This document shows, piece after piece, positions 27,885 through 37,549 of a DNA stretch of 53,347 nt; within the stretch, counting starts at the first letter, position 1; each line of letters begins with the position of its first letter. Source of the DNA: a candidate division WOR-3 bacterium (GTDB taxonomy: Bacteria; Hydrothermota; Tepidihabitantia; Tepidihabitantales; Tepidihabitantaceae); NCBI GenBank assembly GCA_965649205.1, contig CBFGJV010000018.1, positions 3,053 through 56,399 on the forward strand, written 5' to 3'. The notes under the pieces are model-generated. The model was given only the letters and a program-made list of their open reading frames with translations, ran no database searches and had not been told where the DNA came from. The position numbers and the translations under genes are program-made.

Positions 27885-28657
27885 GTAAAGGGAAATCACG
27901 TCAACGTTGGCCTGCGGTCTTGCTCTGGCTCTTTGTGGGCATACCTGCTATCCTTTTGGTACTGCTGGCGATAATCAACTTTATAGTCATGCCCCTGATC
28001 ACTCAGCACCGCCAAGAAGTGAGTATGCCCAACCTTCTCGGAATGGAAAAAGACTCGGCCCTGGCCTTGCTGGAACGACTGGGATTCTCTCTGGGTGATA
28101 TCAGAACCGTAAGTGACAGCACCGCTCCCGCCGGTCGGGTAACCGGCCAATACCCCCTCCCTGGACGCCGGGTCAAACCAGGCCGCCCCATAAATCTGGA
28201 TATCAGCAGAGGGCCCGAATTCGTGAGCATCCCTGATGTTGTCGGCAGTACCCTGGAATCTGCTTTGGCACAGCTGGCAGACAAGGGATTGATCGTCAGT
28301 GACGTAGAATCGCTACGTACCCCAAGTTTCCCCCCAGGCCAAGTAATTGCCATCCGTCCCCCGGCGGGCACTGAAGTCAAGATTGGTACACCCATTGTCC
28401 TTGCCGTGTCTGCCGCGGTGGGCAGTTTTCCTATGCCGAACCTGCTGGGAATGAATCTGGAGACTGCCCGCGGTATCATTGCCTCGCAGGGTCTCATCCT
28501 GGCCGAGGTCAAATACGTCCCGATTGACGAACCGTCCGGCATAGTTATCGTGCAGTATCCCGAAGAAGGCATGCCGGTTCGAGACAGAGATTCCTGCGTA
28601 CTTATTGTTTCTTCTCCACTCTCCGACGCTGCTGAAAATCCTCACCGGCAGCACTGA
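27881..28657 (+). CDS. membrane-anchored protein with three PASTA domains
   Basis: N-terminal TM; three units starting MPNLLG, IPDVVG and MPNLLG, with QYP/RPP motifs. Confidence 0.88.
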   Translation: MSKGKSRQRWPAVLLWLFVGIPAILLVLLAIINFIVMPLITQHRQEVSMPNLLGMEKDSALALLERLGFSLGDIRTVSDSTAPAGRVTGQYPLPGRRVKPGRPINLDISRGPEFVSIPDVVGSTLESALAQLADKGLIVSDVESLRTPSFPPGQVIAIRPPAGTEVKIGTPIVLAVSAAVGSFPMPNLLGMNLETARGIIASQGLILAEVKYVPIDEPSGIVIVQYPEEGMPVRDRDSCVLIVSSPLSDAAENPHRQH

Positions 28658-28700
28658 GAAATGAACTGTGTGTCTGCACCCATACGTTTCCTCCTGCGCC

Positions 28701-29339
28701 ATGAAAGTTTCGGTTTCTATTCTTGACTGTGACTTAACTCGCCTGGGAGAGGAGCTGACTGCTGTTGTTTCCGCCGGCGCTGATGCTATTCATCTAGACG
28801 TAATGGATGGCCACTTCGTCTCCAATCTCAGCTTTGGTGTGCCTCTGGCTGCAGCGGCAAGAAGAACAGTCCGGATCCCCATCCATACTCATCTTATGGT
28901 TACAGAACCAGAAAAAATGATACCTTGGTTTATTCCCTACTCAGACCTTTTGGGCTTTCACATCGAGGCAACTTCACAACCAGAACGATGTCTGGATTTG
29001 ATTCACGGCTCTGGCAAGCTTGCCAGCATATCTCTGAATCCCGATACACCTCTACTTCGCCTGTCTCCATTTCTTGAACACCTGGATGATATACTGGTAA
29101 TGAGCGTGTTCCCTGGCCACGGAGGGCAGACCTTTCTGCCTGCCTCTCTCGATCGCATTCGCGAACTCAAGAGCACCCTTACCCGTTGCAAGTTTCGCGC
29201 CTCGATTTCGGTTGATGGCGGTGTGACCCCTGACAAGTGTAAAGCTCTGGCTGCCGCCGGAACGGAATGGGTCATTGCCGGCAGCGCAGTTTTCCGTTCC
29301 TCGGACTATGCAACAACCATCCGCTCCCTGAAATGTTGA
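28701..29339 (+). CDS. rpe: ribulose-phosphate 3-epimerase
   Basis: IHLDVMDGHFV, HLMV, MSVFPGHGGQ, VDGG, AGSAVF; start ATG 28701. Confidence 0.95.
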   Translation: MKVSVSILDCDLTRLGEELTAVVSAGADAIHLDVMDGHFVSNLSFGVPLAAAARRTVRIPIHTHLMVTEPEKMIPWFIPYSDLLGFHIEATSQPERCLDLIHGSGKLASISLNPDTPLLRLSPFLEHLDDILVMSVFPGHGGQTFLPASLDRIRELKSTLTRCKFRASISVDGGVTPDKCKALAAAGTEWVIAGSAVFRSSDYATTIRSLKC

Positions 29340-29372
29340 CTTTGTCCCTGCAGAACCCGGCTAATCCGACTC

Positions 29373-30677
29373 ATGTTTGACGTCCTGACCGACCGTTTCA
29401 CTAAACTCCAGCGCAAGCTGCTAGGCTACGGCCGTCTTTCCAACAAGGAAATTGCGGATGCGCTGCGCGAGATTCGTACTGTCCTGCTCGAAGCGGACGT
29501 CAACTACAAAGTAGTCGGCGCATTTGTTCGCTCCCTGGAAGCCCGCCTGAAAGAACAAAACATAGAAAAGGCACTCAAGCCGGGCGAGGTCATAAACTAC
29601 ACCCTTTACGCCGAACTGACTCGTTTACTGGGAGAAAAACCGGCAAAACTGGACCTCTCTGCTTCTCCTGCCATTATCAGCTTGGTGGGGTTGCAAGGCA
29701 CGGGCAAAACCACATTTGCAGGCAAGCTGGCCCGCAAGTTCGCCAACCGTCGCCCCCTGCTTGTTGCCTGCGATCCCAAAAGGCCTGCCGCGTCCGAACA
29801 ACTCAAGCTCGTTGCTGCGCAGGCCGGGTGCGACTTTTTCCCGGTGGGTGAGGACGTAGTAAAAACCTGTCTTGACGGCCTCAAGCAAGCAAAAGAAAAA
29901 GGCAACGGCCTAGTCATACTTGACACCGCCGGCCGGCTGCATATAGACGACGAGCTTATGGCAGAACTTGGGGCCATACAGGAGAACACCAGACCTCACG
30001 CCACCCTCCTTGTTCTGGACGGCATGGTCGGCCAGGATGCGGTCAACCAGGCACAGACGTTCCATGCGCGCCTTGCTTTAACCGGCTGCTGCATAACCAA
30101 ACTGGATGGCGATACGCGTGGAGGGGCAGTCGTCTCCGTTCGGCATGTCACCGGCCTGCCGATAATCTTCATTGGCACAGGCGAGAAACTGACAGATCTA
30201 GAAGACTTTCATCCCGACCGTATCGCCTCGCGCATACTGGGGATGGGTGATATGAAAAGCCTAGCTGAGAAAGTGCAGGCCACTCTTAACCCCGAGCAGC
30301 AAATGGAAACTGCGCAAAAGTTCCTCAAAGGCAAATTTGACCTGGAAGATTTTCTCAATCAAATGCGCAACCTTAGGAAAATGGGAAATTTATCGAAATT
30401 ACTTGCTATGATTCCTGGAGCATCAGGAATGGAATTTGACGAATCAGAGATGATAAAGGCAGAGGCCATCATACAATCGATGACCCCAGAAGAGCGACGC
30501 AACCCGGATATAATTGATGGTTCACGGCGCCGCCGCATCGCCCTGGGTTCGGGCCATACGGTAGCTGATGTTAACCGGTTGCTCAAGGAGTTTGAACAGT
30601 CACGCCTTCTCGCCCGCCAGTTAGCCTCTGGGCGTATGCCCCTGACCGGTCAGAGACCCCGTTTCCGCGGCCGTTGA
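29373..30677 (+). CDS. ffh: signal recognition particle protein Ffh
   Basis: LLEADV, GLQGTGKTT, DTAGR, TKLDGD, M domain SMTPEER...SRRRRIALGSG. Confidence 0.97.
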   Translation: MFDVLTDRFTKLQRKLLGYGRLSNKEIADALREIRTVLLEADVNYKVVGAFVRSLEARLKEQNIEKALKPGEVINYTLYAELTRLLGEKPAKLDLSASPAIISLVGLQGTGKTTFAGKLARKFANRRPLLVACDPKRPAASEQLKLVAAQAGCDFFPVGEDVVKTCLDGLKQAKEKGNGLVILDTAGRLHIDDELMAELGAIQENTRPHATLLVLDGMVGQDAVNQAQTFHARLALTGCCITKLDGDTRGGAVVSVRHVTGLPIIFIGTGEKLTDLEDFHPDRIASRILGMGDMKSLAEKVQATLNPEQQMETAQKFLKGKFDLEDFLNQMRNLRKMGNLSKLLAMIPGASGMEFDESEMIKAEAIIQSMTPEERRNPDIIDGSRRRRIALGSGHTVADVNRLLKEFEQSRLLARQLASGRMPLTGQRPRFRGR

Positions 30678-30686
30678 TAACTTACG

Positions 30687-30711
30687 ATGCCAGAGTTGTT
30701 TAATCTGGCAT
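30687..30711. terminator. hairpin downstream of ffh, possible terminator or processing site
   Basis: ATGCCAGA-9 nt-TCTGGCAT perfect 8-bp stem; no U tract. Confidence 0.3.
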
Positions 30712-31155
30712 AGGCCGCCGCGTCACCAACAATTACTCATCACCCCAGAATTGGTTGCCATCTTGTTCGCTGCGCTCTACACTCACTCCGCCGCAAAACA
30801 TCCGTCCTGCCAAATTATTCTGCCTGCTACTGCCATTGCTGCTTTCTTAGCTACTCCGCTATATCTTTTCCTCGTTTTTCTGTTTTGCGCCCAGCAACAA
30901 AGATGTCTCAGCTTTTGAACAGTACCATTGTCCAACTGACAAAGACCTTCTTCCCGTAACTACACACAAAAATAAGAACCTAGTGTTCCCACCGCTTCTA
31001 TGCGCCGGGCTACCCCCCCGAACGGCCTCCCCTCTGGGGAGTCCTCAGAGCCAAGCTATCACCAAAACTGTGACTTCAAAAACCAACACAGTTCAGCCCT
31101 GAAAGCCAGAAGTGCCGCGGGTTCAATAACCTGCTACGCAGACCTCCCATGTGTC

Positions 31156-31185
31156 AAAAAGCGGCGGGGCAAATGCCCCGCCGCT
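31156..31185 (-). terminator. Rho-independent terminator of the large secreted-protein gene
   Basis: GC-rich stem GCGGCGGGGC-4 nt-GCCCCGCCGC followed by TTTTT on the minus strand, about 20 nt after the stop. Confidence 0.85.
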
Positions 31186-31206
31186 AGAATACTCCGGTTC
31201 TCGGTT

Positions 31207-34200
31207 CTATTCCAACTTGGTTATCTTCTTGCTCATTGCATAACGTCCGGCTTCCAGGCTCATGAAGTAGATACCAGCAGGCACCTTGTTGTGCCTGTCG
31301 TTCCAGATTACACGGTAGCTTCCGGCCGCCTGCTGTCCTTCAACCAGAACCGCAATTTCGGTTCCCAGACTGTTGTACAATGAGAGTCTCACTGGTGTAG
31401 AACTGGCCAAGGTGTACACCACTTCAAACCCATTTCGGAAAAGAACCGGGTTCACACTCACCAGCCGAGTAGAGACAGGAACCGCTGGTCGCTCTTCCAC
31501 TGCCGGAGCCCGTTGAGCACGCAGCTTGCGGTATCCCGACCAGACACTGCGATTGCCCGCCCGGTCCGTAGCCCTAACTCGCCAGTAGTATACAGTATCG
31601 GCCAGACGCACACGATAACTGGTATCCTTAACTACCGTATCTCTGACTAGATTGGCGAACGTCGTATCCAAAGCAAGCTGAATCCGATAATCAGCCACGC
31701 CACTGGGACGATCCTGCGAGGGATACCAGAAAAAGCCGAATACGGTATCCTTCAGCGTAGTATCGTTGGGCGGATAAGCCAGCATAGGCACCGTTGGTGC
31801 AGTCCAGTCGCAACCAAAGCTGTCCACATTGGAAAAGCCACCTTGATTCCCCGCCATGTCAAAGGCTCTCACTCGCCAGAAGTAACGGGCCTGTTCCAAC
31901 TTCACTGTGTCGTAGGGAACGTACAGCGTATCCACGACCAGTGGTGCAGGGAATGACCGGCTAGTATCTACTTGCAGTATGTAACGCACTGGCGCCATTA
32001 TTGTGCCTTCGCCGACCTTACTAAAAGTCACGCTACTCCACCGGAAAGCAACTACGCTATCCCGCAGCCAGGCGGCACTGGCCGGTTCCGCAAGAGTAGG
32101 CGCCTGCGGTACCTTCGTGTCTATTTCCAGAGAACGAACCTGTGACCAAGCGCTCAGGTTTCCGGCCCGGTCCACACAACGGACCCGCCAGTACCAGAAG
32201 GTATCAGCCAGGACACCAGAAGTAAAAGTAGTGTCGGTCAGCGAATCCTTGGTCACAGCTCCGCTGAATCCAGAGTTATTGGCAAACTGCAGAACGTAAT
32301 GACTCACGCCGCTCAAACTGTCATAGGCAGGACGCCAGACAAAAGTCACCAAAGAGTCATTCAGCATTGCACCACTGTCTGGCAACACCAGAGTCGGCGA
32401 GAAAGGAACCGTACGGTCCACTCCGAAGCTGTCTGCAGCAGAGAAGTTACCCTGGTTGCCGGCCAAATCAAAGGCCCGCACTCGCCAGAAGTATCTTGCT
32501 CTTTCTGCCAGCACAAGAGTGTCTTCGTTGCTGGAGGTAGTATCAATCACGGGAGACGGGAAACTTGCCGCTGTATCCACCTGTATCATGTAGCGAACCG
32601 GAGAGAAAGGATCCGCTAATTCTGCACGAGAACCTTTTGTCCCAGTTGTCGCAAAGGACACCGGGGTCCACTTGAAAACAGTAGCTGCAGCATTGTTCCA
32701 CGCACCCGCGACCGGCTCCACCAGTGTCGGTACTGCTGGTGTTCTAGTGTCCACCTCAAAAGACCGTACAGCCGACCAGCTGCTCTGATTGGCCGCCTTA
32801 TCCACAGTCCGGACACGCCAGAACCAGAAAGTATCTGCCAGTGGCGCAGGTGTGAATGTAGTATCTGCTATGGAATCCTGCGTGATGGGAGAGATGAAAT
32901 CCGGATTATTGGCGAACTGTAGAACGTAGTGACTCACACCGCTCAGATTGTCCGCCGCCGAACGCCAGACAAAGGTCACCATAGAATCGTTTAGAATTGC
33001 TCCACTATCGGGTCCGACCAGAACCGGTATCATAGGCGGGGTGTAGTCTACTCCGAAACTGTCGGCACCGCTGAAGCTGCCTTGATTACCAGCCAAATCG
33101 TACGCCCGTACGCGCCAGAAATACTTATGCCGCTCAGCCAAAGCTACCGTATCCGCATTCGTAGCGGTTGTATCCTCCCGTGGAGACGGGAAGCTAACAA
33201 TGGTATCCAACTGCACAACATAACGCACTGGTGAGAAAGAGCCGAAGTTTACCGGCATCCATTCAAGCACCGTGCGCGCCGTATTACTCCAAGCCCCACC
33301 TGTAGGCCACACAAGCGAAGGCGTGGCTGGGACACGAGTATCCACCTCAAAACTCCAGACAGCGGACCACGCACTTTGGTTACCCACCTCGTCAGTTGCC
33401 CTTACCCGCCAGTACCAAATACTGTCGACTGGCCGTACCGGCATCTGATAGGTAGTATCAGTTATATTCACTGTAATTGGATCAGTAAAGAGAGAATCGC
33501 TTGCATAAACCAAAGTGTAGTAGTGTACCCCGCTGTTTCCGTCGCAAGACTTCCGCCAGAAGAACACCGGCAGGGTATCATTTATGTGCGCCCCGTTCGC
33601 CGGTGAACTCAGAATCGGCACAGTCGGAGCGATGGTATCGCGAATAACCGTAAACGTCCACGTCTGATTCGACACTCGTACTCCTCCTGCCCGGTCAAAC
33701 GCCCTCACATACCAGGTATTGATGCTGCCAAACGGCAGTGTCGTGACCGTAGTAGTCGAAGTATCGCCGGCTGGGATGTTGTCGCGGTCCATCACCCCAT
33801 TTACCCACAACTGGTACTTACCAATACCCGAACCAGTACCGTCGCTGGCCGGATGCCAGTGTAATCTGGGTTGCTGGAAGTACACAGTATCGTTATTTGC
33901 CGGCTTGGCCAGACTGAAAGTATCCGGCGGCGTCAGGTCCAGGGCCAAAACAAACGTCTGATTCGATACGCGCACATTGCCCAGCTTATCCAGAGCTCTT
34001 ACATACCAGGTATGCCAACCCTCTGTCAAAGGCGTAGTCGGAGCTGAAGTGGTATCGTCAATGCCAAGACTATCAATGTTTAGCACACCATCTACCCAAA
34101 GCTCATACTTCCAGAATCCTATGGTTGCGTCATCGCTCCGGTTCCAGACGAAAACTGGCGTAGGTATGCTCAGAGCCGCGCTATCTGGAGGCGCAACAAG

Positions 34201-36285
34201 TCCAAAGGCCAGCGGTGGCGTAGAATCAATCCCGTACCACCAAATCGCAGAGGCCCGCGTATTACCAAGTCCATCAACTGCCTCCACATACCAGGTGTGT
34301 ATCGTATCACTCAGCGGATAAGGAAGTACCGCGTTTGTATCTGCGGCCGGAATACTGTCTCTGGCCAGTACACCGTCAACGTACAACCGCCAGAAAGAGA
34401 GACCGATGCCCGTATCTGCCGTTGAACGCCAGGTAAACTCCGGATGCCGCTCCGCTATCCAGCTGGAATTGGGGGGATACACCAGACTGAACGCATTCGG
34501 AGGCGTCGCGTCCACGAACAGAACATACGTCTGGTTAGACACACGACCATTGCCCGCACCATCTAAAGCCCGTATCTGCCACACATGCTCACCGGTAACC
34601 AATGTACCCTGGTACGTTGTGGTACTTTCCGTGGGCAGGATGTTGTCGCGATTGACTACCCCGTCAAACCACAACTGGTACTTCGTCAATCCCGCACCAA
34701 CATCCGTAGTCGGCTCCCAGGCAAATTCCAGCCCTGCGCCTGTTGTCCAGGTGCTGTCCGCTGGATACCGCAGGTTGAATGCGACCGGCGGTGTACTATC
34801 CACCCTCAACAAGAAAGTATCGGAAGAACGCCGATTGCCCGCCCGGTCCAGCGCCACCACGAACCAATTGTGAGGTCCCTCAGCTAGTCCAGTCGTGTAT
34901 ACGTAGGCAGTATCTGTAATACTGTCCTTGCGCATAACTCCATCAATGTACAGCTGGTACCTGGAAAAAGCGATGTTGTCAGACGACTTTTGCCAGATAA
35001 AAGTTGGTCTTGCCTGCCCCCAGTCACCATTTGCCGGATTTAGCAGACTAAAAACAGCAGGCGGTTCAGAGTCAATGACAAAGTCCGCATCGCTCGCATC
35101 CTCCACCAGCACCGTGCTATCCGCAGACAAAGCCTGTACCTTAATACGACACGTAGCTGAGTTTACCGAGGATACATTCCAGTTGTAAGTCGAATCGGTT
35201 GCCGAAGAAACGTACGCCAAGGTATCGGTATAAGTCACCCCACCATCAACAGACAGCAGCAATCGGTATTGGGAGACTGTGGCTCCGGCGCGACGCCACC
35301 TAATTGTCCTGGTAGTACCGCCGGCCCAGTATTCGCCGCCGTTCGGAGCAACAGTAACTATAGCCCTGCCGCCTGAATACCATGCGTCTGAAAGAAATCT
35401 GCCATCCGACTGATATCCGCCGAAAATCCATATCTTACCATCGCGAACAGTCGAGGCATGATAGAATCGAGGCGACCAGCCAGCATTCACCGGCATCTGT
35501 ATCCAGGCCGCTCCATTGCTCGAATACCAGACGTCATTACGATAGGTGATGCCACCATAGCCGCCCAACACCCATATCTTGTTGTCGTGAATCGCTACCG
35601 CATGACGATAGCGAACTGGCCAAGCTTCAGGATTAACCTGTGTCCAGGTGGCACCATCCAGTGAAGACCAGACGTCTCGCAAAGCGCTGCCGTCGTAGCC
35701 AGCAAGTACCCAAAGACGATTGTTGAACGTCACGGAGGCATGCCAGCGTCTGGGGGTCCAAGCGGCGGAGGCAGTAGCCTGCGTCCAGGTGGAACAATTG
35801 GTAGAAAACCACACGTCATTCAAGAGACTGTCAGTGCTATTGTAACCACCCATAAGCCATACTGTATCGTTTCTCACCACTACCGTGTGATGATAGCGCA
35901 CCGGCCAACCGGCATTGGCCGTCTTCAGAGTCCAATTGACCCCGTCCGTGGAATACCACACATCATTACGATACAAGCTGGACAGACCGCCGAAAATCCA
36001 CATCGTATCCCGGAATACCACCCCCGCATGCCCGTATCGGGCTGACCAGGCAGCGTTATCCGTTGCCAGATTCCAGGTAATCCCGTCTGCGGAATACCAC
36101 ACGTCGCGGTAACGCGTCACCCCATCATACCCCCCCATTACCCATAGAGTGTCATGGTAAGTGAGCGCTACCATTCTACCTCGTGGTGCCCAAGGAGCTT
36201 TATCGGTTGTTCGCACCCAATCACCCGACCATTGCTGGGCAAACAACAACAATGGCAACACTACAAGCATCACGACTCTCTTCAT
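31207..36285 (-). CDS. large secreted protein: 6-blade Kelch-like propeller, PNGGE Ig domain, 12 Ig/FN3-like repeats, T9SS/FlgD-Ig-like C-terminal domain
   Basis: Start ATG 36285 with AAGGAG SD and signal peptide; six W-x2-R-x2-H...W-x2-GG...DVW-x-S-x-DG-x2-W-like units; 12 D-x2/3-P-x4-L-x2-P...W-x-V-x-A-x-D-x2-GN units; C-terminal GIYFMSLEAG...KKITKLE. Confidence 0.85.
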   Translation of the reverse strand: MKRVVMLVVLPLLLFAQQWSGDWVRTTDKAPWAPRGRMVALTYHDTLWVMGGYDGVTRYRDVWYSADGITWNLATDNAAWSARYGHAGVVFRDTMWIFGGLSSLYRNDVWYSTDGVNWTLKTANAGWPVRYHHTVVVRNDTVWLMGGYNSTDSLLNDVWFSTNCSTWTQATASAAWTPRRWHASVTFNNRLWVLAGYDGSALRDVWSSLDGATWTQVNPEAWPVRYRHAVAIHDNKIWVLGGYGGITYRNDVWYSSNGAAWIQMPVNAGWSPRFYHASTVRDGKIWIFGGYQSDGRFLSDAWYSGGRAIVTVAPNGGEYWAGGTTRTIRWRRAGATVSQYRLLLSVDGGVTYTDTLAYVSSATDSTYNWNVSSVNSATCRIKVQALSADSTVLVEDASDADFVIDSEPPAVFSLLNPANGDWGQARPTFIWQKSSDNIAFSRYQLYIDGVMRKDSITDTAYVYTTGLAEGPHNWFVVALDRAGNRRSSDTFLLRVDSTPPVAFNLRYPADSTWTTGAGLEFAWEPTTDVGAGLTKYQLWFDGVVNRDNILPTESTTTYQGTLVTGEHVWQIRALDGAGNGRVSNQTYVLFVDATPPNAFSLVYPPNSSWIAERHPEFTWRSTADTGIGLSFWRLYVDGVLARDSIPAADTNAVLPYPLSDTIHTWYVEAVDGLGNTRASAIWWYGIDSTPPLAFGLVAPPDSAALSIPTPVFVWNRSDDATIGFWKYELWVDGVLNIDSLGIDDTTSAPTTPLTEGWHTWYVRALDKLGNVRVSNQTFVLALDLTPPDTFSLAKPANNDTVYFQQPRLHWHPASDGTGSGIGKYQLWVNGVMDRDNIPAGDTSTTTVTTLPFGSINTWYVRAFDRAGGVRVSNQTWTFTVIRDTIAPTVPILSSPANGAHINDTLPVFFWRKSCDGNSGVHYYTLVYASDSLFTDPITVNITDTTYQMPVRPVDSIWYWRVRATDEVGNQSAWSAVWSFEVDTRVPATPSLVWPTGGAWSNTARTVLEWMPVNFGSFSPVRYVVQLDTIVSFPSPREDTTATNADTVALAERHKYFWRVRAYDLAGNQGSFSGADSFGVDYTPPMIPVLVGPDSGAILNDSMVTFVWRSAADNLSGVSHYVLQFANNPDFISPITQDSIADTTFTPAPLADTFWFWRVRTVDKAANQSSWSAVRSFEVDTRTPAVPTLVEPVAGAWNNAAATVFKWTPVSFATTGTKGSRAELADPFSPVRYMIQVDTAASFPSPVIDTTSSNEDTLVLAERARYFWRVRAFDLAGNQGNFSAADSFGVDRTVPFSPTLVLPDSGAMLNDSLVTFVWRPAYDSLSGVSHYVLQFANNSGFSGAVTKDSLTDTTFTSGVLADTFWYWRVRCVDRAGNLSAWSQVRSLEIDTKVPQAPTLAEPASAAWLRDSVVAFRWSSVTFSKVGEGTIMAPVRYILQVDTSRSFPAPLVVDTLYVPYDTVKLEQARYFWRVRAFDMAGNQGGFSNVDSFGCDWTAPTVPMLAYPPNDTTLKDTVFGFFWYPSQDRPSGVADYRIQLALDTTFANLVRDTVVKDTSYRVRLADTVYYWRVRATDRAGNRSVWSGYRKLRAQRAPAVEERPAVPVSTRLVSVNPVLFRNGFEVVYTLASSTPVRLSLYNSLGTEIAVLVEGQQAAGSYRVIWNDRHNKVPAGIYFMSLEAGRYAMSKKITKLE
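31500..35075 (-). repeat. intragenic tandem Ig/FN3-like domain repeats (about 95-110 codons each)
   Basis: 12 units visible in the protein; DNA similarity e.g. ggcaaactgcagaacgtaatgactcacgccgctca at 32281 versus ggcgaactgtagaacgtagtgactcacaccgctca at 32911; boundaries approximate. Confidence 0.8.
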
Positions 36286-36447
36286 ACCAAACTCCTTCCA
36301 GATTGCGCGTCCACGCACCAACAACGCGCTACACTCGAATAATACGGTCGGTGCCACCGTGCGCCTCCGTTCGGCGCGCCCGGATTATTTGTGCCACAAG
36401 ACGGTCTGGTTGAAAGAACACTAGAAACCAAACCACTCCCGGCTGCA

Positions 36448-36475
36448 ATTCTATGCCTTGACGAACCGCTGTCAA
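36448..36475 (-). promoter_or_regulatory. sigma70-type promoter of the large secreted-protein gene, overlapped by an inverted repeat
   Basis: TTGACA-16-TAGAAT on the minus strand; CTTGAC-N8-GTCAAG palindrome at 36457-36476. Confidence 0.7.
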
Positions 36476-36570
36476 GACCACAAGCACCAGAAGTTCGACC
36501 TGTGACTCGATTTAAAGCAAAACTCAGAACAAGACCCGCTTCGTGCGAAATCCGTGATTCTCTGCCTCCC

Positions 36571-36599
36571 TTGACTAGAATCCATTGCCGCCCTATTTT
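36571..36599 (+). promoter_or_regulatory. promoter of xerC (probably leaderless)
   Basis: TTGACT-17-TATTTT, then 5 nt to GTG 36605; no SD. Confidence 0.5.
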
Positions 36600-36604
36600 C
36601 TTCC

Positions 36605-37507
36605 GTGCCTCTGCCACAATCTTATGCAAAACTTCTGAACCAGTTCCTGCGGCACTTGGCCGCCGAACGCGGCTACTCCGATGAAACCGTCCGCGCCTAT
36701 CAGAATGACCTGAACCAATTCCTGGACTTTTGCCGCAACCAGCTGCGGGAGAAGCCGCTGCAGGAATTGACCCATACCGACATGCGAGATTTTCTTGCTG
36801 CTCTGCTCCGCTACGGCTATGAACGCAGATCTGCTTCCAGAAAAATGTCCGCCGTCAAATCCTTCCTGCGCTATCTCGTGAAAATTGGGGCACTGACAAG
36901 AAACCCGGCTCGTTCGGTCAAAGGCCCACGGCCGGAAAAAAAACTGCCCAAAGTTCTAACCCAGTTTCAAGTTCAGCAGGCACTTCAGCCGCTGGGCGAT
37001 GGCGAATTAGCTTTACGAGATTATGCAATACTGGAAACCATCTATGGTTCTGGTCTGCGAGCGGCTGAAGTCGTGGCATTGGATACAGACAGTATTGATT
37101 TTGCGGCCGAAACGATTCGCGTATGCGGCAAAGGTAATAAAGAAAGGATACTGCCCTTAGGAAGAAGCGAAGCCGCTGCAATCAAGACGTATCTTGCCGC
37201 CCGTAAGGATAAAAACTCCAAACCCCTATTCTTGAACTTGCGGGGCAACCGATTGACGACGCGCTCGATACAGAACATTGTCCACCGCGCTCTATCCCGT
37301 ATCGCTGACGTAACCGCTACCAATCCTCACGCACTGCGCCACGCTTTCGCTACACACCTATTGGAAAGAGGAGCTGACCTGAAAGCAGTCCAAGAACTAC
37401 TGGGACATTCTTCTCTGTCCACAACTCAAGTCTACACCCATGTGAGTCTGGAGAGACTGCGTAAGACTTACGAACGTTGTCATCCACGTTCGGGAAGCCA
37501 AGATTGA
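36605..37507 (+). CDS. xerC: tyrosine recombinase, XerC-like
   Basis: ERGYSDETVRAYQNDL, YGSGLRAAEV, GKGNKER, PHALRHAFATHLLERGADL, LLGHSSLSTTQVYTHV; XerC versus XerD not fully resolved. Confidence 0.88.
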   Translation: MPLPQSYAKLLNQFLRHLAAERGYSDETVRAYQNDLNQFLDFCRNQLREKPLQELTHTDMRDFLAALLRYGYERRSASRKMSAVKSFLRYLVKIGALTRNPARSVKGPRPEKKLPKVLTQFQVQQALQPLGDGELALRDYAILETIYGSGLRAAEVVALDTDSIDFAAETIRVCGKGNKERILPLGRSEAAAIKTYLAARKDKNSKPLFLNLRGNRLTTRSIQNIVHRALSRIADVTATNPHALRHAFATHLLERGADLKAVQELLGHSSLSTTQVYTHVSLERLRKTYERCHPRSGSQD

Positions 37508-37549
37508 GCCTCTGAGCTTCAAAACTGGTATTTCTCCAGCTCAGCTACG

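Noticed and set aside
36605..37507. Tyrosine recombinase as the integrase of a mobile island or a shufflon acting on the flanking secreted genes
   Set aside because: The sequence looks like chromosomal XerC/D; no att repeats, tRNA target, invertible repeats or other mobility genes were seen
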